DNA from: a virus
Direction: 5' to 3' (one strand)
DNA length: 64,000 bases
Virus record (IMG/VR): IMGVR_UViG_3300036861_000610
Location: 64,001-128,000 of that record
Below are positions 55,184 through 63,768 of this stretch, piece by piece (position 1 is the first letter of the stretch; each line of letters begins with the position of its first letter). The position numbers and the translations under genes are program-made. The notes under the pieces were generated by a model. That model saw nothing but the letters and a program-made list of their open reading frames with translations, ran no database searches and was not told the origin of the DNA.

Positions 55184-55479
55184 CGGTCGGTCCCCAGCGT
55201 CTCGTCGTTGCCGTAGCCGCCGAACTGGACACCTGAGGGGCGGCCGGTGGCTCGGGGCTTGTCTTCGGTCTGGTCCTCGGCGCCCTCGGCGAACTCGGCC
55301 ACGATGCGCTCGGTCACTTCGGTCGCCTTGGCGGTCAGCCACTCGGCACCCTTGGCGGCCTCCTCCACGCCCTGCTCGAACAGGGCCGCACCCTTGTTCA
55401 ACAGGTCGTAGCGGCGGACCGCGGCAACAGCGACGGCAGTGCCGGCCGTGGCGACCAAGACCTTAGTCAGAAACTTCAT
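55180..55479 (-). CDS. Small protein with N-terminal hydrophobic segment
   Basis: MKFLTKVLVATAGTAVAVAAV. Confidence 0.6.
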   Translation of the reverse strand: MKFLTKVLVATAGTAVAVAAVRRYDLLNKGAALFEQGVEEAAKGAEWLTAKATEVTERIVAEFAEGAEDQTEDKPRATGRPSGVQFGGYGNDETLGTDR

Positions 55480-55533
55480 GGTGGTTGCTCTCTTTCCAGG
55501 TTGGGGTTGATTTTTGGAACTTCTGGGAGGGAA

Positions 55534-55686
55534 CTATCTACAGCTCTGGCATCTCTCCCAACGAACGCCCGAGCCGTTGCAGACCGGACAAGTACTTCTC
55601 CGGTCAGGGCCTTTGCCGCTGCCGCCGCAAATACATCTCACGGCTTTCTGGCCAGAACCGCTGCAGTTGCTGCAGGTGCCAGCCAT
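55534..55686 (-). CDS. Stand-alone DnaJ-type CxxCxGxG zinc-finger protein (50 aa; absent from ORF track)
   Basis: AAGGAG RBS; MAGTCSNCSGSGQKAVRCICGGSGKGPDRRSTCPVCNGSGVRWERCQSCR*. Confidence 0.8.
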   Translation of the reverse strand: MAGTCSNCSGSGQKAVRCICGGSGKGPDRRSTCPVCNGSGVRWERCQSCR

Positions 55687-55804
55687 CGTCGTTCTCCTTG
55701 CGATGTGAAGCTTTAGGAACCTTTAATCCTTGGAGTTTGGCCAGCAGGCCATTACCAGGACAATGATGCCGACAACGACGAGGGCTATGTACGCGAATCC
55801 CATC

Positions 55805-55978
55805 TCAGCCTGCCCCGAATCGTCCACCGGAACTGCAGCAGACCCAGACGATGAACCCAATCAGGCCGAAGAAACCGAGCATGGTCAATGCCCCGGGCCA
55901 GCTGCTTTGAGTCGGAGTGGGCGCATTAACCTGCAGGTCGACCTGCAGGTCGTCATCATCATCGTCCCTGCTGTTCAC
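55805..55978 (-). CDS. Small membrane protein
   Basis: AAGGAG then GTG; acidic N-terminus and one TM helix. Confidence 0.55.
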   Translation of the reverse strand: MNSRDDDDDDLQVDLQVNAPTPTQSSWPGALTMLGFFGLIGFIVWVCCSSGGRFGAG

Positions 55979-56087
55979 GTCTGCTCCTTCGTTCGCTGAG
56001 ACGGAGTTCAAGGCGGTGGCGGCCCCACTCCAGGAGACCCATCAGGGTCACCACCACCAGGTCGAACAGTGCGTTCTGCCAGGTCAT
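55959..56087 (-). CDS. 42-aa membrane peptide, probably leaderless (absent from ORF track)
   Basis: TAGTCT 6 nt before ATG; MTWQNALFDLVVVTLMGLLEWGRHR... Confidence 0.5.
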   Translation of the reverse strand: MTWQNALFDLVVVTLMGLLEWGRHRLELRLSERRSRREQQGR

Positions 56088-56114
56088 GTGCTGAGACTAC
56101 GGACAATCGCTCGG

Positions 56115-56759
56115 TCAGGAGTCGAGCAGCTTGTTGTCGTAGAGCGTGTAGTCGCTGCGGTAGATAAGCAGATACTTGCCATCGATGCGCAGCAGGGTGC
56201 TCTTCGGGATGTTGGTCGCGAAGTACTCAACCTGGTTGCCGCCGAAGATGGCGATGGGGGAGCCGTTCTGCGACCGAACCATGATTGTGCGGCTGGTACC
56301 GGCCCAGAAGTTGCGGAAGTTCTGCCGCAAATAGTTCAAGAACGGCACACCACGTTCAGTGTTCTCGATGTCGACGGTTGGCGGCAGCTGGGCGGTGATG
56401 TCGCTGAGGCCGTCTTCGACCATGAGCAGCGTCGAGCCAACGTGGTTGATAACACCGCCGCCGACGCTGACTTTGACCACCGATGAGTCCGCGTTGCTGG
56501 TGCCGTCGGGGTTGACCGAGTCGAACGTCCCATCGCGCTGGATGTCGATGGCCGCACCATGGACCCGGTCGAGTGGCTGGCCGAACACGTTGTAAGTGAG
56601 AATGGTGGCCTGACGACCCTTCATCAGCGAGACGAAGTTGCTGACGCTCTTGTCGAAGAGGGCGCAGCCGCCGAGGGTCAGCAGCATGGCCATAATCGTC
56701 AGGCCGGCGACAAACAGGAGGGTCTTGCGCTGTCGCGCCTTACGGAGCAGATCATTCAT
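56115..56759 (-). CDS. DUF5052-like lipoprotein
   Basis: Signal peptide with LGGC lipobox; SQNG.PI..F.G..V...PKSTLL.IDGK.L.IYR.DY. Confidence 0.65.
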   Translation of the reverse strand: MNDLLRKARQRKTLLFVAGLTIMAMLLTLGGCALFDKSVSNFVSLMKGRQATILTYNVFGQPLDRVHGAAIDIQRDGTFDSVNPDGTSNADSSVVKVSVGGGVINHVGSTLLMVEDGLSDITAQLPPTVDIENTERGVPFLNYLRQNFRNFWAGTSRTIMVRSQNGSPIAIFGGNQVEYFATNIPKSTLLRIDGKYLLIYRSDYTLYDNKLLDS

Positions 56760-56988
56760 GGGGAAACTCCTTCTCTAGTTCTGAGAGCCTGTCCTGCAGG
56801 TTCTCGACGACGCCAGCCAGGTAGCTGACGGCTTCTTTCAGGTCGCCCAGTTCCATTTCCTGGGCGTGGATCTTTTTGTGTGCTTCGTTGAGGTCGACCC
56901 ACAGGTTGGTCACTGGGGATGGCGACGGGGGCCGGCGCTTAGCTGCAGTGGCCCTGACGTAGGCCCACATCAGCTCAACGAGAGTCAC
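56752..56988 (-). CDS. Hypothetical coiled-coil protein
   Basis: Overlap coupling on both sides. Confidence 0.55.
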   Translation of the reverse strand: MTLVELMWAYVRATAAKRRPPSPSPVTNLWVDLNEAHKKIHAQEMELGDLKEAVSYLAGVVENLQDRLSELEKEFPHE

Positions 56989-57578
56989 GCCGCGTCCTCG
57001 TCGTCGTAGTTGTTCCAGCGCCCTTCCAGGTGGTCAGCTACGGCGCTGACCTTGGCTCTGATGCGACGCTGTTGAGGCGGCTTGGGGTGGACCCAGGGCT
57101 GGCCGGCGGTGCGCTTGATGAGGTCGGCTGCAGAGTCAAAGGCATCGGCCGCGGAGGTCCACCCGAGAGCGAGCTGTGCTGGCTGGGTTTCAGCCAGCAG
57201 CACCTCACCCGGAGCCCAAGAACTGATGAGTTCCTCAGCCTCCCGTACGCGGACGAGGAGGGTTTCCTCGTCCTCCTTACGCTGCCTGGCGGCGGCCTCG
57301 GCAGCCGCCTTGGCCTCCTGCTCCTTGGCGAACTTGGATTTGATGCCGCGCGGGAAGAGCAGGAACTTGGTAACGGCGAAGGTGGTGATGAAAGGTGCCA
57401 GTATCGTCCACATGATGACGGTGGGGACGCCTTGACCACCTGGCCCCCAGTGGACGGTGTCTTCGGTTTTGTCGACGCCGGCTGCTACCCGATCCGTGCC
57501 TTCCTGAACGTGAAGGACCGCGATGCGGAGGTTGATGAGGGCGTTGGCGGCGAGGCCGGCCCACAGAAGCGTGTTCAT
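56985..57578 (-). CDS. Hypothetical membrane protein
   Basis: GGAGG RBS; two hydrophobic segments. Confidence 0.6.
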   Translation of the reverse strand: MNTLLWAGLAANALINLRIAVLHVQEGTDRVAAGVDKTEDTVHWGPGGQGVPTVIMWTILAPFITTFAVTKFLLFPRGIKSKFAKEQEAKAAAEAAARQRKEDEETLLVRVREAEELISSWAPGEVLLAETQPAQLALGWTSAADAFDSAADLIKRTAGQPWVHPKPPQQRRIRAKVSAVADHLEGRWNNYDDEDAA

Positions 57579-57624
57579 GTGCGTGTCCCCCTCCAGGGCG
57601 ACAAGGATCGGGTAGCGAAGACGG

Positions 57625-58218
57625 TCAGGCGGCGGCCGGAGCCGGTTCCTCGATGGTGGTGTCGGCGGTGGTGGGGGTCTCCGCCGTCTCGGCGGCCTTG
57701 GCGGCGGCGGCTTCCTGGCGGGCGGCGAGCTTGACCATAACGAGCTTCAGGTGCTCCTCGGTCCAGCCTTCGACCGTTGCGGCGGCGGCCTCGGCGCGGG
57801 TCTGGCCGGCGCGGTTGAGGCCGTCCTTGTTGAACCCGTCCTTGTTGAAGCCGCGGTAGTTGTAGCCCTCCGCGTTGTACCCCTCGCGGTTGTACCCGCT
57901 GCGGTCGTACCCGTCCTTGTTGTAGCCGTGGCGGTTGAAGCCCTGCGTGTTGTAGCCCTCGACGTTGCGGCCGTTGATGTCGAAGCCGGCGGCATTGTAG
58001 TACTTCTCGTAGCCGGTGGGCCGCGTGCCGGTGATGATCTGGGTGAGGGCGTAGTTGACGGTGTCGCAGTGCTGGTTGCTGTGGGCCCAGCTGATGGTCC
58101 GGTCGAACAGCCAGGGCAGCACGGCGGCGAGCTGCTCGTCGGTGGGCTTGGGGGCGTCGTAGGTGTGCTCCGGGTTCGCGTTCATGAATGCGAGCAGCGG
58201 GTTGGTTTCGGTGGTCAT
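57625..58218 (-). CDS. G-[FY]-[ND]-x-x repeat protein, paralogue 1
   Basis: AGGAG RBS; GYNKDGYDRSGYNREG... tract. Confidence 0.8.
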   Translation of the reverse strand: MTTETNPLLAFMNANPEHTYDAPKPTDEQLAAVLPWLFDRTISWAHSNQHCDTVNYALTQIITGTRPTGYEKYYNAAGFDINGRNVEGYNTQGFNRHGYNKDGYDRSGYNREGYNAEGYNYRGFNKDGFNKDGLNRAGQTRAEAAAATVEGWTEEHLKLVMVKLAARQEAAAAKAAETAETPTTADTTIEEPAPAAA

Positions 58219-58288
58219 GCGCGTGGTCCTTCTCCTGGGGTTGTGGGTTGTTGGGTCGTGGCGCTGCGTGCCGAACCAACGGTCCGAG

Positions 58289-58993
58289 CTACGCAGCAGC
58301 AGCGGCCGTGCCACCGGCCTTGGCCGGCACCGCCTTCTTGACGGTGCCCTTCTTGGCTCCGGCCGCCGTCTTCTTGGGTGGTGTCTGTCGGGCGGTCTTC
58401 TTGGTCGGCGCCTCAGCGACAGCTTCCATGACCTCCGCGGGCGGCTCCTTGGCCGCTTCGAGCTGCGCGAGGTGGGCGGCGATGGCGGCGGCGAACTCGT
58501 CGGACCAGCCGGTCACTTCCTTGGTGACGAGCTGCTCCCGGGTGTTGCCGTAGTAGTCGCGGCCGGCGGCGTTGAAGCCGTACTTGTCGAAACCGTCGCG
58601 GTTGTAGCCGTTCTTGTCGTAGCCGTCACGGTTGAAGCCGTAACGGTCGAGGCCGTCCTTGTTGAAGCCGTTGGGGTCGTAGCCGTCCCGGTTGAAGCCC
58701 TCGATGTTGCGGCCACTCTTGGCGTTGTAGCCGGACGAGTCGGGGAAGCCGTACCGGGGCGCGTTGATGCCGAGGATGTGAGCGAAGGTGATTTCGGCGT
58801 TCTCGCAGAAGTACTTCTCCCTAGCGAATCGCGCCATGCGGTCCATGATGTAGGGCAGTACCGCATTCATCTCGTCGGCGGTGGGGACCCGCGCCTCGTA
58901 GGGTCCGGTGGGGAGTGCGAGTTGCTTCCCCAGCTCCCGGGCCTTTTCCCAGGAGCGCGGGTCCCCGTTTGTGACGTCTGCCAAGCCTGCCAT
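58289..58993 (-). CDS. G-[FY]-[ND]-x-x repeat protein, paralogue 2 (K/A-rich tail)
   Basis: GGGAGG RBS; GFNRDGYDPNGFNKDG... tract. Confidence 0.8.
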   Translation of the reverse strand: MAGLADVTNGDPRSWEKARELGKQLALPTGPYEARVPTADEMNAVLPYIMDRMARFAREKYFCENAEITFAHILGINAPRYGFPDSSGYNAKSGRNIEGFNRDGYDPNGFNKDGLDRYGFNRDGYDKNGYNRDGFDKYGFNAAGRDYYGNTREQLVTKEVTGWSDEFAAAIAAHLAQLEAAKEPPAEVMEAVAEAPTKKTARQTPPKKTAAGAKKGTVKKAVPAKAGGTAAAAA

Positions 58994-59031
58994 GCCGTGC
59001 CTCCCTGGGTGTCAGGTCGCTTGCGCGACGG

Positions 59032-59472
59032 TCAGGCCGCGTCCGCCAGGGCCGCCAGGCGGTCGGCGAGCAGGTTCAGGACGACGGCGGCGGTCTCCCC
59101 GTCCCAGCCCTCAACCATGGTCTCGATGACCTCCTCGCGGGTCTGGCCGGCGGCGTTGACGCCGTCCTTGTTGAAGCCGTCCTTGTCGAAGCCCTGGCGG
59201 TTGTAGCCGTCGGCGTCGAGGCCGGTCGCCGGGTCGTAGCCGCCGCGCACGCCCTTGGCGTTGCGGCCGTCGGAGTCGACGAAGCCGCCGACCGGCGTCC
59301 GGACGCCGAGGTCGCGCAGCAGCATCTCCAGGCCGACGTCGACGAGGTTGGCGTAGCCGTTGTCGCGACCGAGCCGCACGGCCCGGTCGATGAGCCACGG
59401 GATGTACGGGGCGGCGTCGCGGGCATTGGGGGCGACGGGACGGTACGGGGCGGTGGGGGCGGTGATGGTCAT
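59032..59472 (-). CDS. G-[FY]-[ND]-x-x repeat protein, paralogue 3
   Basis: GYNRQGFDKDGFNKDG tract; shares PWL.DR and GQTR.E...VEGW motifs. Confidence 0.8.
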   Translation of the reverse strand: MTITAPTAPYRPVAPNARDAAPYIPWLIDRAVRLGRDNGYANLVDVGLEMLLRDLGVRTPVGGFVDSDGRNAKGVRGGYDPATGLDADGYNRQGFDKDGFNKDGVNAAGQTREEVIETMVEGWDGETAAVVLNLLADRLAALADAA

Positions 59473-59484
59473 GTTGGGTTCTCT

Positions 59485-59552
59485 CCCTCTTGGTTTTACC
59501 CCTACGTAGGGGTGCGATGACTAGTCTGCGCAACCAAGAGGGTGAGTGTCAA
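59485..59552 (-). promoter_or_regulatory. SigA-like promoter with nested inverted repeats (operator candidate)
   Basis: Minus strand TTGACA-N18-CAGACT; perfect palindrome ACCCCTACGTAGGGGT at 59498-59513; 11-bp arms at 59485-59495 and 59532-59542. Confidence 0.7.
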
Positions 59553-59555
59553 GCG

Positions 59556-59741
59556 TCAGGGGAGAGGGATTTCCCCTGTTGCGGCCCAGTGCCGGTACTG
59601 CTCCCAGGTCATCTCCAAGTATTCGGGCAAATCCACCTGAGCGGCCAAGGATCCTATGGGCGCCTCATGCCACCGGGCAACATGGCTGTCGATCTCTTCC
59701 GCCGTAACGACGCCTCGGCGAAGGTCTTCTAGGAAGGTCAT
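59556..59741 (-). CDS. Hypothetical protein
   Basis: IDSHVARWH...L.EYL.MTWEQY..W motif; ATGA coupling. Confidence 0.6.
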   Translation of the reverse strand: MTFLEDLRRGVVTAEEIDSHVARWHEAPIGSLAAQVDLPEYLEMTWEQYRHWAATGEIPLP

Positions 59742-60094
59742 CTGTTCCCCCACAGACCTGTGGCCTCGTCCCAAATCCAGCCGTCCGGCGTGGTGGTCTC
59801 CAGGGGGGCGAGCACCACCTGGGCATCAAGACGCCACCTGCGGCCCACGTCCTGCTGTTCGGCCAGCTCAACAAAACAGATCGGGCAGATGATTTCCTGC
59901 CAGCTCCAGGGACCTCCGATGGAGCCCCCACGCATCACGGCATTCCACAATGGGCTGGGGGCAGACCAGGAAACGTTGCGCCCTCCGCAGCGATGGCAGA
60001 AACGTTCTGGATGAACGCGGCGGACCCGCCACAGCGCGATGCGGACAGCCGCCAGGACACGGGAGAATCGGGAACGGTGCTCGGGAATGCTCAC
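59738..60094 (-). CDS. Small Zn-finger-like protein
   Basis: CHRC and CPIC pairs. Confidence 0.55.
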   Translation of the reverse strand: MSIPEHRSRFSRVLAAVRIALWRVRRVHPERFCHRCGGRNVSWSAPSPLWNAVMRGGSIGGPWSWQEIICPICFVELAEQQDVGRRWRLDAQVVLAPLETTTPDGWIWDEATGLWGNR

Positions 60095-60603
60095 TGGTTG
60101 CCCACTGGCTGCACCATGGTCTCGTCCCAGCCTTCATCCCAGGGATAGCGATGCTCAGCGTCGGGCCACACGTACTGTGCCATCGGAACGTCTCGGCCGT
60201 AGTAGGCGCGAGCGACGCCGACATGCAGTTCACCAGCCACGCGGGGCACGAAAATCTTGGACTTGAGAATGAACCCGTTGGCCATCGGCCATTCGGCTGG
60301 TGGGATGAGCTGCAGGTGGTTGAGCATGTGGCCGGCGATCTGGTTGATGATCTCGGCGCCTTGCCGGTAGGGCAGGCCGGCAATCATCAGCTCCGCGGTG
60401 CAGTTCCGTTCCATCAACCCAATGGTGTAGACGTAGTCGAACTTCTGCCAGCTGGTGAGGGTAGAGAAGACGGCCTGCATGGCCCAGCCGCTGTCTCGGA
60501 TGGTGGCCTTTACCTGGTCCAGCCAGGCTTGAGTCTGTAGCTCTCCACCGCTGGGGGAGCCAATGTCGTCATGAAACGGCTTCGACACTTTCCGGATCTC
60601 CAT
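60091..60603 (-). CDS. DUF4262-like protein
   Basis: GWAMQAV...YTIGL...ELMIAGLP...QYVWPD.EHRYPWD...QP. Confidence 0.75.
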   Translation of the reverse strand: MEIRKVSKPFHDDIGSPSGGELQTQAWLDQVKATIRDSGWAMQAVFSTLTSWQKFDYVYTIGLMERNCTAELMIAGLPYRQGAEIINQIAGHMLNHLQLIPPAEWPMANGFILKSKIFVPRVAGELHVGVARAYYGRDVPMAQYVWPDAEHRYPWDEGWDETMVQPVGNQ

Positions 60604-61165
60604 ATCCAGCGGCTCGCAGGAGCCGCGTCATGTGGTGCAGGGTCATTACTCGATACCAGCGCTCGGGGGCATCCTTCGTGCCGGGCGGCTTTAAGGCCAG
60701 GGCGAAGACTTCTCTTGGGGCCAGGTTCAAGGTACGGATCGAGCCCGAAAACTCCAGGGCCAATGTCCGAGCGCCATAGGGTCCAGGTTGTCCATTGACG
60801 ACGAACATGGGCGTTACGGCTGCGGCGGCCTTGGCCACCAAGGCATCGAAGTCGTGGGCCACCATCACCGCATAGAAGGAGCCGACGCTCTTCTCGCCCA
60901 TGCCGAACGGCTTCACGACCAAGACGCCATGGTCGGCTCCTGCGTTCAGTCGTTCAATGCCTGTCTCCGTGAGCCACGGGCCGATCTTCAGGGTGCCGTT
61001 GCCGTACTTCACCTCAACCGCTATCCCTGGCATCCCAGCAATGTCACCCTTGTCGAGATTCCCAGACAGGGCCCGGCGCTCACAGTGCGGCCATCCGTTT
61101 TCGCGGAGGTAGTTAACAACCAGCGTTTCGGTGCTGGTGCCCTTCTGCTTCGACCTGTTGACCAT
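60569..61165 (-). CDS. Holliday junction resolvase (PD-(D/E)xK, Hjc-like)
   Basis: NRSKQKGT..E..VV.YL...ERRALSG..DKGDI......EVK. Confidence 0.85.
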   Translation of the reverse strand: MVNRSKQKGTSTETLVVNYLRENGWPHCERRALSGNLDKGDIAGMPGIAVEVKYGNGTLKIGPWLTETGIERLNAGADHGVLVVKPFGMGEKSVGSFYAVMVAHDFDALVAKAAAAVTPMFVVNGQPGPYGARTLALEFSGSIRTLNLAPREVFALALKPPGTKDAPERWYRVMTLHHMTRLLRAAGYGDPESVEAVS

Positions 61166-61174
61166 GTCGGGACC

Positions 61175-61750
61175 TTAGCTGCCCTTGACTCTGTTTTTGC
61201 GATACCACTCCCTCTGATAGGTCCGCCATTTCTCAGGATCGGCGGCAATGGACCTACGGCGGGATTCGCGGGAACATGTCTTGCAAGCTCGTCTATTCCC
61301 TCCGCCAGGACGGTAGGTGTTCGTCTTGCTGTACGGATGACCCTGGGGGCAATGCGTAACCTTTTCGACCCAGTTGCAATAAGCGTGAGGGTAGGCACGT
61401 CTAAGATTCTCCCCCTGCGACACTGGATCCAGGTGGTCCGGGTTAACACACGGCGGGTTCCGGCACAAATGATCAAGTACTAGCCCCTCTTCGATTGGCC
61501 CGATCAAATGCTCTTAGGCCCATCGATGGGCCGCCCAGTCCTTTTTCGATCCCCTTGGGCCAACGGAAAATCTGCCATGCCCATGAGGCCCACGGGCCCC
61601 ATTCCAGATCCAACAATCCCCAGTCGCATCAACCTTCTCCCAGAACCGGACCTCCTTGGTTCGATGGAAAGGAAGGTATCTAACGCTGACGGTTCGCACT
61701 CTTCCTTCGCACCCGCAAAAACAAATTCGGTCTGGGTTTATCGGGGCCAT
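61175..61750 (-). pseudogene. HNH endonuclease interrupted by an in-frame TAA
   Basis: RFWEKVD..GDCW.W...[30 protein letters not shown]; stop at 61514-61516 where Tyr is expected. Confidence 0.85.
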
Positions 61751-61752
61751 CT

Positions 61753-62127
61753 CTAAACTGTGTACTCATTCCGCATCGTCCGGACACGAAATTCTTCGTA
61801 CTGTTCAGGTCGCGATGCCCTGAACAGGGCCAGATCGAACTTCTCCTCGGTTACTGGACGCACGAAGGTCCGCCATGTGTCAGGGAACTTCTTCTTGAAG
61901 TCTGAACCGCGGAACCGGTCCTCGTACCGGTAGGTAAGAACCTTCACCCCATCGACGGTGCCTATGGTCGCGTCGCCCATAACCTCACTGAGTGCGTCCT
62001 GCGCCTTGGCGTACTCCTTCTGCCAGAACTTGATGTTGTCTGAGCACTCGGCCAGTTTCTTCAGCTTAGACACGTGGGCATCGAGGGCAACGACTTCTTC
62101 GTCGGGAACCGGTACTTCGTCGATCAC
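61753..62127 (-). CDS. Hypothetical phage protein
   Basis: MGDATIGTVDG..V.TY motif seen in recombination-region genes. Confidence 0.6.
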   Translation of the reverse strand: MIDEVPVPDEEVVALDAHVSKLKKLAECSDNIKFWQKEYAKAQDALSEVMGDATIGTVDGVKVLTYRYEDRFRGSDFKKKFPDTWRTFVRPVTEEKFDLALFRASRPEQYEEFRVRTMRNEYTV

Positions 62128-62363
62128 TCTTGCTCTTCCTCTCGTGGTTGAAATTCAGTGCATTCGTAGTTCTGTAGACCGATCTCGACCCACTCCTGGG
62201 GTGTGGTGTCACCGAACATGGCCGCCAAGATGATCGGACAGTCTTCGTTGATGTCGTTGCGACAGTTCTCGCACCAGCGGTAGGACCACATGTCCCAGGA
62301 GGAGCCGCTGGAGAAGGCCCTGCCCGGCCGCCCGGTGGTCTGGATCTCGTGAACGTTGCGCAC
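62124..62363 (-). CDS. Small Cys-containing protein
   Basis: FSSGS.W.W...WCENC...CPII. Confidence 0.6.
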   Translation of the reverse strand: MRNVHEIQTTGRPGRAFSSGSSWDMWSYRWCENCRNDINEDCPIILAAMFGDTTPQEWVEIGLQNYECTEFQPREEEQE

Positions 62364-62373
62364 CTACAGCCTT

Positions 62374-62622
62374 TCAGAACAGTGGAACGTCTTCGTCCAG
62401 CGACTTTGCCTGCGTCTTGATCGCCGAGCGGCTGGTCCCAACGCAGATGGGGCACAGGTGTACGTCCAGTGGTTTGCCAGTCAGGCTTTTCCCGTGGAAC
62501 AGGTGCCAGTTCTTCGCGCGGGCGGCGTTGGCTACCACAACACGGGGGCCGGGGTGATTGAACTCCTGACCGCAGGTGTCGCAGGCAAGGTCGCCAGTTT
62601 TCTGCCACATCAGCCATGCCAA
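62374..62622 (-). CDS. Small Zn-finger-like protein
   Basis: CDTC...W...HLCPIC. Confidence 0.55.
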   Translation of the reverse strand: MAWLMWQKTGDLACDTCGQEFNHPGPRVVVANAARAKNWHLFHGKSLTGKPLDVHLCPICVGTSRSAIKTQAKSLDEDVPLF

Positions 62623-62879
62623 GCGCTCATGAAACGCTGGCGGGCAGCAGCGGTGAACATGAGCTTGTCGCCAGGTAGGCGCGAGCTGGCGTGCCGCGGC
62701 TCGTACCTATGAGCCTTGACTACGGCTGCCGGCCACATCTTCAGCCAGAAGTAGATGGTCCAGTACACGTCTCCGAAGAACAGACCTAGGTCACGGTATG
62801 ACTGTGGGTTCCGACGCACGTCCATTCCAATAACAGTGGCTACAAAAACGATGAAGGCAATGCCCATAACAGTCCACAT
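62610..62879 (-). CDS. Small membrane protein
   Basis: AAGGAGG RBS; N-terminal TM helix. Confidence 0.6.
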   Translation of the reverse strand: MWTVMGIAFIVFVATVIGMDVRRNPQSYRDLGLFFGDVYWTIYFWLKMWPAAVVKAHRYEPRHASSRLPGDKLMFTAAARQRFMSAWHG

Positions 62880-62897
62880 TGGAGTCCTCCTTTACTG

Positions 62898-63179
62898 CTA
62901 CTTCACTGGCTCGTAGGCAGTCTTCTGTACTGCCTGCATGAGCATCAGCTCCACCTCCTCGCCTTCGTCGTCGAAGGAGCTGTAGTCGCCGTCGCCGCTG
63001 GAGTGGCGGTAGTAGTAGCCGTAGATTTCTTCGGATCCGATCGCCCGGAGGATCAGGGTGTGCTCGGTGCCCCATCTCCAGGTACCGTCGACTTCGTTGG
63101 ATAGGACAACCCAACCGTCCATCTCGTCGCCAGCCGACTGGCAGCTAAGCTCCTGGAGTAGTTCTTTGTCGATCATCAT
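62898..63179 (-). CDS. Hypothetical acidic protein
   Basis: ORF in the packed minus-strand operon. Confidence 0.55.
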   Translation of the reverse strand: MMIDKELLQELSCQSAGDEMDGWVVLSNEVDGTWRWGTEHTLILRAIGSEEIYGYYYRHSSGDGDYSSFDDEGEEVELMLMQAVQKTAYEPVK

Positions 63180-63397
63180 GGGTTCTGGCCTCTCATTCTT
63201 CGAAGAGTGCGACGGTCGAAGTCGCCCATGCGAACAGCCGTGGGCAGATGGCCGAAGTGCCACAGTTCATCGTCCACGGGACATCGGTAGGGTCGACACT
63301 TGCGGTCGACGGTAGCCGCGGCCTTTTTCGCGTCGCTTCTGCTGCGGTAGCACAGCTTGTCGCAGTATTCGCAGGACCAGACGCTGAAGGTACTCAC
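63176..63397 (-). CDS. Small Zn-finger-like protein
   Basis: CEYCDK.CY.SR..AK...PYRCP...WH.GH. Confidence 0.6.
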   Translation of the reverse strand: MSTFSVWSCEYCDKLCYRSRSDAKKAAATVDRKCRPYRCPVDDELWHFGHLPTAVRMGDFDRRTLRRMRGQNP

Positions 63398-63768
63398 GAT
63401 GGCTCTTGCGGGCGCAGCTCCTTCGCCAGCCGAAGCATCGTGTCAGCAACACGGTCCTGGGTCTGTCCGATGGAGTCGTTCCAGCAGTCCGAATTTTCTC
63501 CCACGTAGGTCGACAGAGCCTTACAGGCGCTCGCCCAGAGGTTGCCCTTGAGGGTGGTCCAACCAAGGGTGATGGCGCCATCCTCAGGTTCACGCTCCAC
63601 GGCCTCCATGCCGGCGGCGAGCCAGATGGCTCCGTTGGCGCAGCAGTAGACCTTCCCGTCCACAAATTCAAACGGCCGACCCTGGGTCCAGCCGGCACGG
63701 ATGTGCTCGGCGGCGATCTCCAGGACGTCGGCCGTGGTTGCTGTGGCGGGATCCAGAACTGATCTCAT
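63394..63768 (-). CDS. DUF6197-like protein
   Basis: VLE.AA..I..GWTQG...C..GAI...WND..GQT...V...L. Confidence 0.65.
   Translation of the reverse strand: MRSVLDPATATTADVLEIAAEHIRAGWTQGRPFEFVDGKVYCCANGAIWLAAGMEAVEREPEDGAITLGWTTLKGNLWASACKALSTYVGENSDCWNDSIGQTQDRVADTMLRLAKELRPQEPS

Noticed and set aside
57625-59472. Repeats as RTX Ca-binding nonapeptides or Qnr/MfpA pentapeptides
   Set aside because: The G-[FY]-[ND]-x-x consensus matches neither GGxGxDxUx nor A-[DN]-L-x-x.
61514-61516. Genome-wide stop-codon reassignment suggested by the in-frame TAA
   Set aside because: TAA ends bona fide genes here (capsid, major tail, endolysin); a single case fits a nonsense mutation.
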